Assembly: GCA_003971905.1 (NCBI GenBank)
Contig: RSEE01000034.1
Location: 310,001-374,000, forward strand
Origin: Moniliella sp. 'wahieum'
Lineage: Eukaryota
Reading direction: 5' to 3'
DNA length: 64,000 bases
Shown here: in pieces, positions 1 through 13,400 of the stretch
Position numbering within the stretch: the stretch's first letter is position 1
Layout: every line of letters starts with the position of its first letter
The notes under the pieces: model-generated
Databases searched by the model: none
Seen by the model: only the letters and a program-made list of their open reading frames with translations
Told to the model about the DNA's origin: nothing
Program-made: the position numbers and the translations under genes

Positions 1-428
1 CGGTCGGGCGACAAGAAGCGCTGAAAAACAAGCTGCTCTTCCTCAAGAAGGACAAGGAGATTGAAAAGCTCAAAACCGAGTTGGCCAAGTTGCAAGGCCA
101 AGCGGGCGGGTCAGCCGAAGGATCAGCAGCGTCGGCGGCTTCGGCGCGCGGCGCCGGCCGTAGGCCGCCCCACGCCGGCCCGGGTGGGCGGGATGGCACG
201 CGGTGGTGGGTCGGTCGGGCTGCGTGGCCGCGGAGGCCGAGCGGGCGCGATGAGTGCCCATGCTGGTTCGTCAGCCGGAGCCGGCAAGCGCAAGGCCAGT
301 GAAGAAACGTCGGTTTCGAATGGCGATGGGGCCAAGAAGCCGCGGGGGGCGGTGCGATCCAAGTCAACCGTCCTACCATCCGTCGCCCCGGCCAGGCACA
401 ACACAACAACAACAACACCCAATCCTAG
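1..428 (+). CDS. 3' end of a coiled-coil protein running in from outside the window; possibly Mlp1/Tpr-like nuclear basket protein
   Basis: Frame 3 reads ...RQEALKNKLLFLKKDKEIEKLKTELAKLQGQ (coiled coil). After apparent indels it continues as a Gly/Arg-rich stretch, a bipartite NLS-like KRKASEE...AKKPR, then GGAIQVNRPTIRRP... to TAG 426-428. Family assignment rests on recalled architecture only. Confidence 0.4.
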
Positions 429-898
429 CCTCGCGTCCAGCCTGCGTCCGAGGCCAACCCAAATCCAGTCGAGCAACCCCCCACTTCCACTCGAACCACT
501 GCACACCGCCTTTCCCTTGATCTCCCGCCACCCGTCCCCCCCCTCTCCCCTCCCCCTCCCCCCGTTTTTCGTTATGAGTTTCAGATTCCGTCTGCTCAAT
601 AAGTAAAAGTCCATGTACAGTTTCCCTCTGGTAGAGGCGGTTCAATATTCAATCCGGATCCTGTAGGCTGTCTGGCCTGCCAATCTACTTAGGCGGGCAA
701 CCAATGTCTCATTTGCATCCTTGGCTCAGCCGATGTGTCCTAGGCTACCCACAGTGGGTCGGAGCAAACACACAGGGTAGAAGAAGCAAAGCCGGCAGAG
801 GCAGGTAGGTGTATTGTGTACAACAAAAAAAACAAGCGGGCGCGCAACGAGAAGGAAGCAGACCGGACTGGCAAGGGGTCTCTCAGGATTGACCAGAA

Positions 899-1711
899 TT
901 AAGCCAGTCGCTCGCCCAACTGGGCGCTGAGCTGCTGCTTGAGCCCCAGCATGGCCTCTTCGGCTTGGGGGAAGATGGGGGGAAGATGTGATGGCCTCGA
1001 CCGCCTGCAAGGCTCCTGTTAGCCACACTTGGCACCAAACAAACCACTCCCAGAAACACACAAGGAGGGGAGAGGGCAAAGGCCCGGGGGGAAGACTAGG
1101 CCCAACCAACGTACCTGGGACAAGTAGGTCAAGGTAGAATCAAAAGTGTGTTGGGTAGCCGCGGCCTCGGCCTGGGCGACGAGCAAAGCGTCGTGCTTGG
1201 CCCGATTCGTCCGTTCGAGCAGGTCGATATCGGCGCGCAGCTGGTCCAGGCGCCGTTCGTGCGCCGGGTTGGCCGCGGCAGAGAGGGCGGTGGTAAGGTC
1301 GAGGGTCGGGCGGTAGGTGTCCATTGGGGGGCGGGCGGTGCCGAGGCTGTGCGTGCCTCGTGCGACGCGGCGGCTCGCTGCTCGGCACGAAGCACGACCT
1401 GGTCCAGCTCGCGCAAGCGGTCGGGCATGTGAGCATCCTGGATGATCGCATCGTTGCTCATCTGGATGGCTGTCTGGAGCGCCTGGACAAAATCCTTCTG
1501 CAGCAGCTGCGCCCCGTCCGCGCCCAGCTGGGGGAAGGCGCCGCTAAAGTCCTCAGGCTGCAGGTCGAGCATGCTGAGGAAGAAGGCGAGCGCATCGCGC
1601 AGCTTGGTCTCGCGCTGGGCATCGGCCTGGTCCGTGTGGGCGTGGGGCGGGCGGCGAGGCGGTGCGCGCCGCAGTGTGCGACGCGCGGCGGCGGGTGTGC
1701 GGAGGCGGCAT
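899..1711 (-). CDS. NNF1: Nnf1/PMF1-like kinetochore (MIS12 complex) protein, with apparent frameshifts and one intron
   Basis: Peptides ETKLRDALAFFL...EDFSGAFPQL...IIQDAHMPDRLRELDQVVLRAEQR and YRPTLDLTTALSAAANPAHERRLDQLRADIDLLERTN match the recalled Nnf1 pattern. Frame switch at the G run near 1325; GTACGT donor at 1114 with a CTAAC...CAG acceptor. Confidence 0.6.
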
Positions 1712-2123
1712 GGTGGACGGCCGCCGCAACGCTCCGCCTGGACGAGCTGGCGTTCGTTGCCTGCCGCGCTTGTCCAGCCGCACGCGCTTCCAGTCACGTG
1801 ACTGCATCCAGTGCATCCCGCAACCCTACCGCCGCCCCCGCTGCGTTGGATGCATTTTTGAAATGTGCATGCCAGCCACGTCAGCGCGTCAGCGGCAGCC
1901 GCGCCACGTGGCCCCGGGCGACGTGGAGGCCGGAGGTGGAGGCGAGGGCAGGACAGCCCGCAGACGGTCTTGTCGATCCGGCCCAGACGAAGCACCGCGC
2001 CCAGAACTCCACTGAAGCGAGCACGCCGCACCGCTGCTCGCTCTGTCCTCGTCCCACCACGCTGGCTTGCTGCCCCCGTCCCCGCCCCCCTTTCTCCCCT
2101 CGCGTGCTCCGCCCAGGCTGGCC

Positions 2124-3424
2124 ATGCCCGTCGCTCGTTCGTTCCTGCACGCCGTGCTGGTTGCCGCGCTGGTGCTGCTGCTGTGTGCACATGTGGTAGC
2201 GGCCGCGCGCGACTTTTACAAGATCCTCGGAGTGGATCGCAGTGCGTCGGAGCGCGACGTGAAGCGTGCGTACCGCAAACTGGCACAGAAACTGCACCCC
2301 GACAAGAACCCCGACCAGCACGACAAGTTTATTGATGTGTCGGATGCGTACCAAGTGTTGACGGATGCCGAGCTGCGCAAGGTGTACGACCGGTACGGCG
2401 AAGATGGGGTCAAGAAGCATCAGAATGGGGAAGATGCGTCGGGCCGTCCGAAGGATCCGATGGATTTGTTTGCGTCTTGGTTTGGTGGGGGAGGAGCTGG
2501 TGGAGGAGCTGGTGGGGTGCGCAAAGGTCCCAGCAAACAATTTAATGTCCAAGTGTCCTTGGGCGATATCTATCTCGGCAAGACGCTTACCATTCGCCAC
2601 GATCGTCGTGTTGTCTGTTCCCACTGCGATGGCAGTGGCGCCGAGTCCAAGGGCGACATTCACCAGTGCGACGCATGTGGCGGACGCGGGGTACGGATCG
2701 TTCGGCAACAGATCATGCCTGGGTTCGTGACCAATGCGCAGATGACGTGTGACGTGTGCAGTGGTACGGGCACGGTAATTGCACACAAGTGTCATGTCTG
2801 CGGCGGCGCCAAGGTGGTGGTGGAGCCGCAGGTGGAAGTGGAGATTGATCTGTTGCCCGGGATGCCCGAAGGCACCATTCTCACCCTCGAGGGCGAAGCC
2901 GACGAGTCGCCAGATTATGAAGCGGGCGATCTCGTGATCCGCATGACCAGTGCGCGCCAGCCCGGCGATTTCCGTCGGCAAGGCCAACATTTGTACTTGG
3001 ACCATCCCATTTCGTTGGCGGATGCGCTGTTGGGCTTCTCCCACAACATTACTCACTACGACGGTCGGACCGTTGTCGTGGCCAGGCGTGGGGTGACCCA
3101 GCCTGGCTATACCCAAACCATCCAAGGCGAAGGCCTGCCGCTCTGGAGCGAAGAGATGAACACGCCCCTCATTTACCTCAAGAACGACAATGAGATCTCC
3201 CCTGCCGATTTTGGCAACCTCTACGTTCGCTACACGGTCGTTTTGCCGCAAACCATTACAAGTCATACCCGACAAGGTACGTGCTGCATGATCCTCCTTT
3301 TGTTTTTCTTTGCTTCCTCGGTCCGGATGCTCACCCTCCCTTGCCCTTCCTCTTGCCAGAGTTGGAGAAACTGTTTGGGGTCAAGTCGACTGCGCCGCCT
3401 CCAGAAGGCCATGGCGACCTTTGA
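2124..3424 (+). CDS. SCJ1: ER-lumenal type I DnaJ/Hsp40 (Scj1-like); intron 3277-3359
   Basis: Hydrophobic signal peptide, J-domain with HPD, four CxxCxGxG-type zinc repeats, C-terminal DnaJ domain. Splicing GTACGT(3277)..CAG(3359) gives ...ELEKLFGVKSTAPPPEGHGDL*, an HDEL-like end. Confidence 0.9.
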
Positions 3425-3702
3425 TATCTATATCACCTCTGTCAACCGCCTGTTTCTCTGGGGGATGTGTAGGCAAGCCAGGTACGTGGGCAAAGAGATT
3501 GCCGTGGGTTGGCAAGAGGAAAGAGAGGCAAAATGCAAATTTTGAATCATAAGAGAGCAGTCATGGATGGGCATGTGAGTGCCGTGCGCGGGAGCCCTCA
3601 GGCCTAAAGGTTTAGGCCTCAGGCTGCTGCCTCGGCTTTCCGGCCATTCCGGTCCCGCCCCGACCACTCTCCTACTTGAGTGCACCAACTGGGCAAAGGA
3701 CT

Positions 3703-4669
<967 letters not shown>

Positions 4670-5290
4670 TCAAACCCAGCGGCTGTGCTGGCGCCGCTAG
4701 GGTTGGCTGGGCCAGCCTGCGGCCTGCGGCTCCGGCAGGAGACCGGTGATCACGGATTAATGATGCATGATGAATGAACGTTTGAGTTGGAACCACAGTT
4801 CTACAACCCACACCCTCCCCTCTTCGGCACCGCAAGCCGAACAGGCCATACATAGTAGAGCCCGGTGCACACCACCATCGTGCGCCCCCACCGTCCACAT
4901 CCCGCCCTCCCGCAGCGTTCCTGTCACCTTCCCCATACGACCGGCAGCACCAGCCCTGGCCCCGGCCGCCCTCCTGCCCTTCGCGCCCAGCGTCCCCTCG
5001 TACCAGCTCGACAGCCCGCCCTTGATTGGCACAGCAGATGGCTCCGACATCCTTGCGCCCGCCATCTCTCCGCCCACCGACAACCACCGTGCGCCAGCTG
5101 TCCATACGGCCCGTGCTCTCTATGCTAGCAGTGTCCCCAACGACGTTCCTCTTAGATGAGAATGAGTATACGACATAGTATAAATCACAAGTTTGCGCCA
5201 GCAGGATGTCTATAGTTTCTTTTTACGGGACTGGGCCCTGCCCATCGCAGCACCAATTCCTCCGACCGTGAAGCAGATCGCCATAGACGG

Positions 5291-8125
5291 TCATGTCACC
5301 ACCTTGAGCTTGGCCGCGGTCAACTCGAGCACTTGCTGGATGGACCGATTGGGGTGGAGGGGGTCTTTGCTGATTGTCTGCCACACCTCGCCATGCCGCG
5401 GCTTGGCATGAAGCGTCCTCTGCAGTACAGCCTGCTGGGTGGCCTTGTTGCCCTGAGCAAGCTCAAACTTGTACCACCACGCCCACCCGTCGGCCCAGTC
5501 AGGCTCCTTATCCGCCGCGCGTTCAAACCAAGCACGCGCCTTGTCCAGGATCCGTTCGTTCCAGAACAGACGTGCGACGGTGGACAAGACACGCGCATCG
5601 TTGTCCGTCCTACGCAGGCCATCGGCCGCGGTGGTCCGTCGACGTGGTTTGGGCTCGGCCCAGACTGCCATCTCGGCCAAGAGACCACTCTTGGGACAAT
5701 CTTGAATCCCACGCGCAAGCAGTACTTTAGCCTGGTTGCCTGCTGATGCATCGCCTGCCGAGGCAGCACGTTGTTCCACCCCAATGCTCTCTGCCCACAG
5801 CCGGTCTTGGTGTGGGTTGGTCAAGCGTGCCTTGTCCAGCAACGCCCGAGCCCGAATGGACAGGCCCGCCTCTTCTTCCAACCGGGAGGAAGAGATCCAC
5901 AAGTTGATCCCGTCGGGCACGGCCTTGCGCCCTTTCTCCAGGGCCGACCGAGCGGCCCGAATCCCCTCGGGACCAGACGCAGCGGCGGCCCGTGCCAGTT
6001 GGGCATGCATGAGATGAAGTTTCTCGCTCCCGGGGTACTTGGTGAGAGCTTCTTGGACCAACGTGAGTGCATCTTGGGTATGACCTTCGGTGCGCTCAAA
6101 CACGACGCTGCTGACCCAAACCTTTTCTGTACCCACTTCCCGCCTTGCACGCTGCAAGAGCAACGCCGCGTTCTTCTTCCCGTCCGGTCCACCATGTTCC
6201 GACTCGAGCCGTGCAGCAGCGAGAGAAATGGCCTCGGAGCCCATGTTCTTGTTGAATGCGCGTGCGAGAATGTCCCGGGCGCCGCCCAAGTCATTGTCGT
6301 TCCACCTCTCCTGGGCATACAGCAGCCACAAGTCTTCGGCTCCTGGCACAGCCGTCACCGCCTGCTCTAACAAGGCAAACATGCGTTGGCGGCCTTCCGA
6401 ATCGGTAGAATGTTGGCGTTCCAATTCAACGGCCAGCATCCATACCCGTGCATTACGCGGGTATCGTTCCAAGGTGTACGCGTAAATGGTGCGGGCGGTA
6501 TGCACATTGCCCTTCTCTTCGGCCGCTTGGGCGTCGGCAGTCCACACGGCTTCTCGGTCTTCCTCCTCGAGGTCCTGGGTAATCGAAGCACGGAGGATGG
6601 CCGCACTGGTCAACGGGCTGGCATTCTCCTTCTCTGCCTTCTCCGCCTCACGCAACCACTCGTCCCGCGTCAGCACCGCCCCGTTCTTGCGCAGCGACTT
6701 GATCGCTTTCACCATCGCCGCGTCCAAATCCTTCTGTCCCGTCCCCTGCTCCTCCATCAAGCGAAGCGCGGCAATCCAGATCTCGTGACTGGTAGGAACC
6801 TTTTTTCGCGCCGAGTTGAGCACCTCGCGAGCCTGATCCGGGTCCGAAAGTCGGGCAAGCGTGAGCCAAAACTCAACACATTGAGGGATGGCATCCAACG
6901 CGCCCGCCAAGAGCGCCTTGGCACCTTGGGGTGTATCTTCGAGGTTGATCAACTCTTTCCACAGTTGCACGCTGGTGGGGATGAATTCAACGCTCTTCCT
7001 TAATACGTTCCGCTTGGCGTGCGGGTCAGACTCGAGCTCGGCCGCCTTGAGCCACACCTTGACGCTCTGGCTCAGGTGCTGCACTGCACGGGCCAAGAGG
7101 ACTTTGCCATTGTCCCTCGAATTGAGCCGGACCGCTTCCAGCCAGACCTCTTCACTTTTGGGACACATTTCGCACCCCTTGGCAATAATCTTGCGCGCCT
7201 GGACCCGCTTGTTGTCCATTTCCTCCAACCGCGCACGTGAGATCCACGCGCCCGATTGGGTCGGGTTGGCACGAAGCACGCTCTCGAGCAAGGTACGGGT
7301 GCGTTGGACGTCTCCGATTTGAGCATGGGTCGGGGGCAGGGAGCTATCGAGGGCGCTGCTGTACGCCTGCGGGTCGACCGTAGTAGCCAAGCCGCTCATG
7401 GCGGTTTGGCTGCCACTTGAAGCGACGTCCAAGTGGTGGGAAAACACCTTGTTCCGAGCCGAGCCAATGTCGACCAACGACGTCACGGCGCCACTGTCCG
7501 CTCCAGCCAGGGACGAGGACGGATCAATCGACGTGTCCATCGCGCCTCGGTCGCGATTCGAGAGAAGGACCGAGTCGGGCACAACAAAGTCGGACGTATT
7601 GCGCGACTCGCGCTTAGCAGCTGCCTTGCGACGCTTGCCCGTCAAATTGCTCGCTTCAGGGATGCTCTCCCACTGTTCTTCGGTCACCGCAGCCAGGCCG
7701 CGTTTCAAGTCAGCAAACTGAGACTGGATTTTGGGCCGTTCCTGACGAAGACGCAGCAATTCCTCTCGCTCCCGTTCTTCCCGACGCTTGCGCCGGCGCT
7801 CGTCCATGTGCCGGTCGACCAAGCCATACACGCGATCCGCATCTTCATCGTCCTTTTCGTACACCCCATTTGCAAACAGACCCGTATCTTCCTCGCCATC
7901 TTGGTACCGACCCTCGTCGTCCTCATCGCCCTGCTCTTGCTCCTCGACCACCTCGCCACGCCGTTCTTTGGCCGCTGCAACGGTCGCCTCTGACGGCCCC
8001 TCCCGCGCCGGGCCAATGTCGGAACGGGTAGTGAAGCCGCTGGCACCGCGCCCCAGGCCAGCAACGTACCCCTTAGGGGCCTCCATGGTGAGGAATGCCA
8101 GCTTGTTGTCTTTAAGCGCAGACAT
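5291..8125 (-). CDS. PRP6: Pre-mRNA splicing factor Prp6 (U5/tri-snRNP, HAT/TPR repeats)
   Basis: N-terminal FLTMEAPKGYVAGLGRGASGFTTRSDIGPARE and PKIQSQFADLKRGLAAVTEEQWESIPE, then many HAT repeats. Uninterrupted ORF; start taken at MSALKDNK (8125). Confidence 0.96.
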   Translation of the reverse strand: MSALKDNKLAFLTMEAPKGYVAGLGRGASGFTTRSDIGPAREGPSEATVAAAKERRGEVVEEQEQGDEDDEGRYQDGEEDTGLFANGVYEKDDEDADRVYGLVDRHMDERRRKRREEREREELLRLRQERPKIQSQFADLKRGLAAVTEEQWESIPEASNLTGKRRKAAAKRESRNTSDFVVPDSVLLSNRDRGAMDTSIDPSSSLAGADSGAVTSLVDIGSARNKVFSHHLDVASSGSQTAMSGLATTVDPQAYSSALDSSLPPTHAQIGDVQRTRTLLESVLRANPTQSGAWISRARLEEMDNKRVQARKIIAKGCEMCPKSEEVWLEAVRLNSRDNGKVLLARAVQHLSQSVKVWLKAAELESDPHAKRNVLRKSVEFIPTSVQLWKELINLEDTPQGAKALLAGALDAIPQCVEFWLTLARLSDPDQAREVLNSARKKVPTSHEIWIAALRLMEEQGTGQKDLDAAMVKAIKSLRKNGAVLTRDEWLREAEKAEKENASPLTSAAILRASITQDLEEEDREAVWTADAQAAEEKGNVHTARTIYAYTLERYPRNARVWMLAVELERQHSTDSEGRQRMFALLEQAVTAVPGAEDLWLLYAQERWNDNDLGGARDILARAFNKNMGSEAISLAAARLESEHGGPDGKKNAALLLQRARREVGTEKVWVSSVVFERTEGHTQDALTLVQEALTKYPGSEKLHLMHAQLARAAAASGPEGIRAARSALEKGRKAVPDGINLWISSSRLEEEAGLSIRARALLDKARLTNPHQDRLWAESIGVEQRAASAGDASAGNQAKVLLARGIQDCPKSGLLAEMAVWAEPKPRRRTTAADGLRRTDNDARVLSTVARLFWNERILDKARAWFERAADKEPDWADGWAWWYKFELAQGNKATQQAVLQRTLHAKPRHGEVWQTISKDPLHPNRSIQQVLELTAAKLKVVT

Positions 8126-8327
8126 GGTAGCCAGGCCGAAGCCGCAAACCAACAACAGGGGCGGAGGGAGCAAGTCAGTTGGTAGGCGAACGCCAAAACC
8201 GGTCGGCTGACTGCGTCCGCTGGGGCTGTCCGGCGGGAGTGAACGTTTCAGAAGGCCTGTCGTTTTTCGTTGGACTTCTCTCTGGTCGGGCTGATTTGGG
8301 CAGAGGCTCAGCAGCCCACCCGCTAGC

Positions 8328-8360
8328 CCACCACCACCACCACCACCACCACCACCACCA
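8328..8360 (+). repeat. (CCA)11 microsatellite between the PRP6 and PRP3 start codons
   Basis: Directly visible. Confidence 0.95.
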
Positions 8361-8374
8361 CCCGCTCCTTCGCC

Positions 8375-10196
8375 ATGCCGCCGCGCCGCGGAGCCTCGAC
8401 GCCCATTGACCGCCTCGAAACCGAGGTGCGCGGCACGGCGCACACCCAGCGCCCCGCGCCCACCCCCCCCAGCGCCCGCTCCCGCTGGCGGCAGCGCCGT
8501 GCACTCGCCCGCGTTCGCTGCGCAGATTGCAGCAGCCAGGGCCAAGGTGGCTGCGATTGCTGCTGCCAATCAAAAATCGGCTTCGGCTTCGGCTCTGTCT
8601 TCGTCTTCGTCTGTCTCTCGTGCGCCTGCTCCCGCCGCTCCGCATGTCCCATCGTCATCTCCTGCTCCCTCTGCTTCCGCGCCTCGTCCGCCCCCGGGCG
8701 CGGCACCGGCCCCTCCCGGCCAGCCGGCGCTCCCGGCTGACCTCGCAGCACGAATTGCTGCGGCGCAGAGCAAAGTGAATGCGCTGAGAGGCCAAAAAGG
8801 GATTTCACTCGCACCCCCTTCCTCCAAGGCTTCCGAACCGACCTCGGGTTCTCCTTCTACTCAACGCCCTCCCGCATCGTTACCATCGACCGCGCGGGCC
8901 GGCGCGAGCACCAGCAACGGGAAGCACGATTGGCGCAATGCACGCAAACCCAAGGCGCCCATGTTCTCCTCGGTTCGCGCCAACGCAGCTCCGTCCCCAC
9001 CCGCTCCGTCTGTGACCCAAGAGGAAGTGCCTGTTTCCAACCCGTACCTCTCCACCGAGGGGGACGCTGACCGGGCCGCGCCCAAACCTCGTTCTACCCG
9101 GGCCGCGCTCAAGTTCAGCCGTGCAGGGCGGTACATTGCGCAGGCCGAGACGTTGCGTCGGGAAGCTGCGATGGAAGATTTGAAAGCGCGGATTGCGGAG
9201 CGGACGCGCCAAGCGGGACTGACCGAGGCGGGCGAGGAACGGGTGGCCATGTTACGCAAACCGATGCCGCCGCCGGTCGAGTGGTGGGACGAAGCGTTGA
9301 CGAACGTTGGGCCTGATGGGAAGGGGGAGTATGGGGATGTGGCGCAGGCGCCGCTGGACAAGTTGGATGCCTATGTGCAGCATCCGATCCAGATTCCTCC
9401 CGTGGAGAAGGGCACGCCTCCCCCGCGCGGCGTGATGCTTACAACGAAAGAAGCTAAGAAACTACGCAAACAGCGTCGTGCCGCCGAGTTGTCCGATAAG
9501 CGGGATCGGATCAAGATGGGTCTCATGGCGCCGCCGCCCGATAAGGTCAAGTTGAGCAACTTGATGCGTGTGTTGGGCAATGCGGCCACGGCCGACCCAA
9601 CGCGGATTGAAGCGCGGGTACGAAGGGACATTGTGGCGCGGTACGAGCAGCACGTAGCGACGAACGAGGCGCGTAAGCTCACGCCTGAGCAGCGGCAGGC
9701 CAAGCGAGAACACAAGAAGGAACAAGAAGTCGAAGCGCGTGGACTGCACGAATCGCTCTACTCGATCGCCCCGGCCATGTCGCCCAAACATCGGTACAAG
9801 ATCTCTACCAATGCGCGCCAATTGGGTTTGACGGGTCGGGTGGTGTATGCGCCTGGGCAAACGGGCGTGTTGGTCCAAGGGGGTCCGAAGGTGCTGCGCA
9901 AGTTCAATGCGTTGATGACCCGGCGGATTGACTGGACCGATCCCGATCTGGGCCACCCGGTCGGCACGGATACCAAGCCTCTGCCCGAAGGCGAGTCGAA
10001 GGAGGAAGATTTCGCTCAGAACCAGTGTGTGTGCGTGTTTGAAGGCGCGGCGATCAGTCGGACGTGGGATAAGTTTAACATTTTCCATGTCGACTCGGTT
10101 GCCGCTCCGGCCCGGGAGGCCTTTGCGCCCCGTCCCGAACTGTGGGATCGAGTGAGGGCAGTGGTACGTCTGCAGGGCAAAGAGGATGATCTCTGA
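8375..10196 (+). CDS. PRP3: U4/U6 snRNP protein Prp3 (probable indel near the N-terminus)
   Basis: NPYL, LKFSRAGRYIAQAETLR, PPPVEWWD, YVQHPIQIPP, LTTKEAKKLRKQRR, PPPDKVKLSNLMRVLG, DPTRIEARVR, RRIDW. First ATG in good context is 8375, out of frame with the main ORF. Confidence 0.94.
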
Positions 10197-10484
10197 TCAT
10201 CTCTTACGCACCCCAAATGGGATGTTGATGCTACCGCCTACTGTGGTATGGTGGGGGCCGTTGTTCTATCAATCTGGATCCGGTGTACGATGTACATGTG
10301 ATTACGCCTTTCTACAGAGATACTTTTTAGGACATGCAACGGGAGGCAGACGACAGGATGTGCGCAAAACAGGAATAGGAGAGGAGAGAAACGAGAAGTG
10401 TAACGCGAAAGAGTGTCTATGAGGGGAGGGGGGTGGGGGGCGATGATGATCTGGAGGAAAAGAGTAGAAGCTAGTGGGCCCCTC

Positions 10485-13400
10485 TTATTCGGTGAATCGG
10501 ACCACCGAGAAGGATCCATCCGTCTGCTCAAATGCCCGATGGGCATCGGGGATCGACAAAAGCGTGCCGATGCGGGGCGAAAGGGTGCCTTCGACGACGG
10601 CTTGGCGGAGAGTTTCCAAGGCCAAATGGGCTGTGAGCGGGTTGATGTCAAGCAAGCTCCCGACGGTGGTGCAGGTCAGTTGCTTGCGCGACACGGTGGG
10701 GTTACGCAAGGTACGCCGCAAGGTGGCCATGTGTGTTTTGAGGCCAAACGAAGCGGATGTGGCGGTATCAAACGGGTCGTGCGAAACCAGCGTCCCACCC
10801 GGGAGGAGCACACGCCGAGCTGCCTGGACGACCTTGCTGCCCGAATCGAGGGAAGGGTCCAAGACCAAACTGAATTGGTTGGCCCTAAGAACGTTGGACA
10901 GGGCCCAACAGGCATCCCCCACCACCACCTCGTCCGCTCCATTGATTTTTCCCAAGAGCAGAGTCTCTTGCGAGGTGGAGGTGGATGGGCCACAATGTGC
11001 AACTGGCGCCTTGACTTTTCGCGGGCAAACGCTTGCAGCGTCAGCAACCCCAAGCCCTCGGTAGCGTGCAGAATCAAGACGTGGGATCCTGGTGCAAGCA
11101 CCTGTCCGAATTGCTCCCAAGTCTCTTGTGCAACAATGCCCGGACCCGCCAAGGCAGAAAGCGCGTCCATCGTGAGGGAACTGGTACTGGGTGCTTTGGC
11201 AAGGTAGAGGCGGTCTACCGTGACAAATCCTGCCGTATCGCCCGCCTACCGCAGGGGGAAAAAAACAACAAAATGTCAGCAACGAGAAGGGGAAGGGGAA
11301 GTGTGGATTGGCCAAGGGAGGGGCGAGGACAAACGCAACGTACCTGGTTGCCAGGCTCGATTAACCCAAACACGGCATCGCCCTTTACCATATCCCGTAC
11401 CTCGGACCCCACTCGGACCACATGACCTGAAAAGCTGCGCCCCACCGGGAGATGGGATGAACGGCTTTGTCTCTGTCTCTCAGCCAAAGCACGGTCCACA
11501 TCGTCAATCGACACGGCTTCCAATGCGACCAGCACCTGGTTGGCGGTCAAGGAAAGGAGGTCGGGAGGACATGGAGCCACCTGGATCTGGGTATGGACGT
11601 CACTTGCGCTTGTGGAAGGGGCCGCAACGCCCACTTGATCCGACCCCGTGGCGGGTTCAGGATCCGAGAGCTGGCGCTCACTACCCACTTCACCCACTTC
11701 ACCCGAGCACGTACTGGGCTCCAAAAGGGTTTGGTACACGCTTGCTGGCACCGCTAGCGACAAGGCGACGGACGCGCCCGAGGATGCAGACGAGGCGGAC
11801 GAAGTGGACGACGTCCGCGCAAGCATCGCAGGTGCCTCGGGCACGATGGCCGGATCGGTGGCCCGAGCTGCAGATGGAGTGTTCCTACCAACTGAGGAGG
11901 ACGCCGCCGAGGAAGCGTTCTTACCAAGAGAGGAAGACCACGCTTTCAAAGAAGGGAACACAACACGTGACGAGGAAGGGGAAGGGGCACCCACGCGATC
12001 GATCGCCGCACGCGACGACGCTGCGTCCTGCTCTGGGTTCATGCGTGGGTCGGAGCGCGCGGACTTGGACTCAAGGTCGCGGTGAGCTAGGTGGGTTTCG
12101 TGAGGCTGGGAAGGAGGGACCAACTTGGCCTTCTGAGTATTTAGCTGAGGTGGATCCAGGCCGGTCCATCGCATGCCGTCTGAAGATGCACACGGGCGAG
12201 CCTGAGACTGCGGGGCAAGAACGTTCGGAGGTGTAGGAGGGCGGGAACTGTCCGGGGTGGAGACGGTCCGACCCTCCTCTTCTTTCTCGAAACTCCCGGC
12301 GCCCGTCGAGGAGGACAACAAGTCATCCGGCGTCCTAGGTGAGAGAGGAGTGACGGTCCACAGGTGCCTGTACCGTGGGGATGGAAAGTCTCTTGATGGA
12401 AAGTGGCTTCGTACCGGGCGAAATAGACTGCACTCTTGTCCGCGTATTGTTTTCGGAAGAAGGCGGAGGTTGCGATCTGGAAGGCACATCCGCCCCGTGG
12501 ACGCGTGGGTGCACCAACGTGGCTGGCAAACTGCTCTTGCGATGACGTTGATGTGTCGCGTTTGCCGACCGGACCGCGCGAACCTCGGCTTCGGCGTTCG
12601 CTTCTGTGTCGAGTTCCTCACGGAGACGGGTGAGGGTGCGTTGCCGACGCGTCGTCCCCGTCGATGCTGACGGGAGATCGTGCTTGCTCTCGCTCCCACT
12701 TCCACTTCCACTTCCACTTCCACTCGCATTCCCACTCCCACTCCCGTGGGGACGAACCTCTGAAGCACCAGTCCAAGCCAACGCCGCTTGCCGAACAGGA
12801 GGCACGTGCTGGGCAACCGGCACGGCGGCGGTCGGGTGAGGGTCTTCCCATAACTTGGCAATGGGGGAGCCCGATGTTGATGCCAAGAATGCGTGCCATC
12901 CTTGGGCTTGTTTGGGGGAGTGAGACTGAGCCGAGAGGGAGGGGCGGCTGGGCGACTGTGAAATGCCAGCATTCGATATCCCATTCGATTTCGCCGAGTG
13001 GACCGAGTGGACCGAAGGAGCGTAGCGCGACCCAACAGAGCGCCTATTACGCGCTTGGCTGGGACTCGAGCGGGGTGGGGTTACGTCCAAACTTCCGCGT
13101 CTTGCAGGGGCAAGGGGGACAGGGACCGATTGGCTCTGTTGCTCGGCCCAGATGGCGGTAAAAGAGTGACGGGCCCGAGGGCGAGGAGACGAAAAGCCAC
13201 GGTCGTCCGATTGTCCAGAGGGAACTGAACCATTATAGCGACCGTATTGATCGCATTGATCCGATTGACCGTATTGACTGTATGGACCTGTGCTCGAGGG
13301 GGCGTACATTCCCAAGCGGGAATGGGAGACGGTTCGGGTCCGGGGTTGGGACGCACCCAGCTCCCAACAGCTCCTCGAGCTCGGCATGTGGCCTACCGAC

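Noticed and set aside
3600..3619. Hairpin AGGCCTAAA-GG-TTTAGGCCT between convergent SCJ1 and ADK1
   Set aside because: Intrinsic terminators are not expected for Pol II genes; probably a variant of the AGGCCT palindrome pattern.
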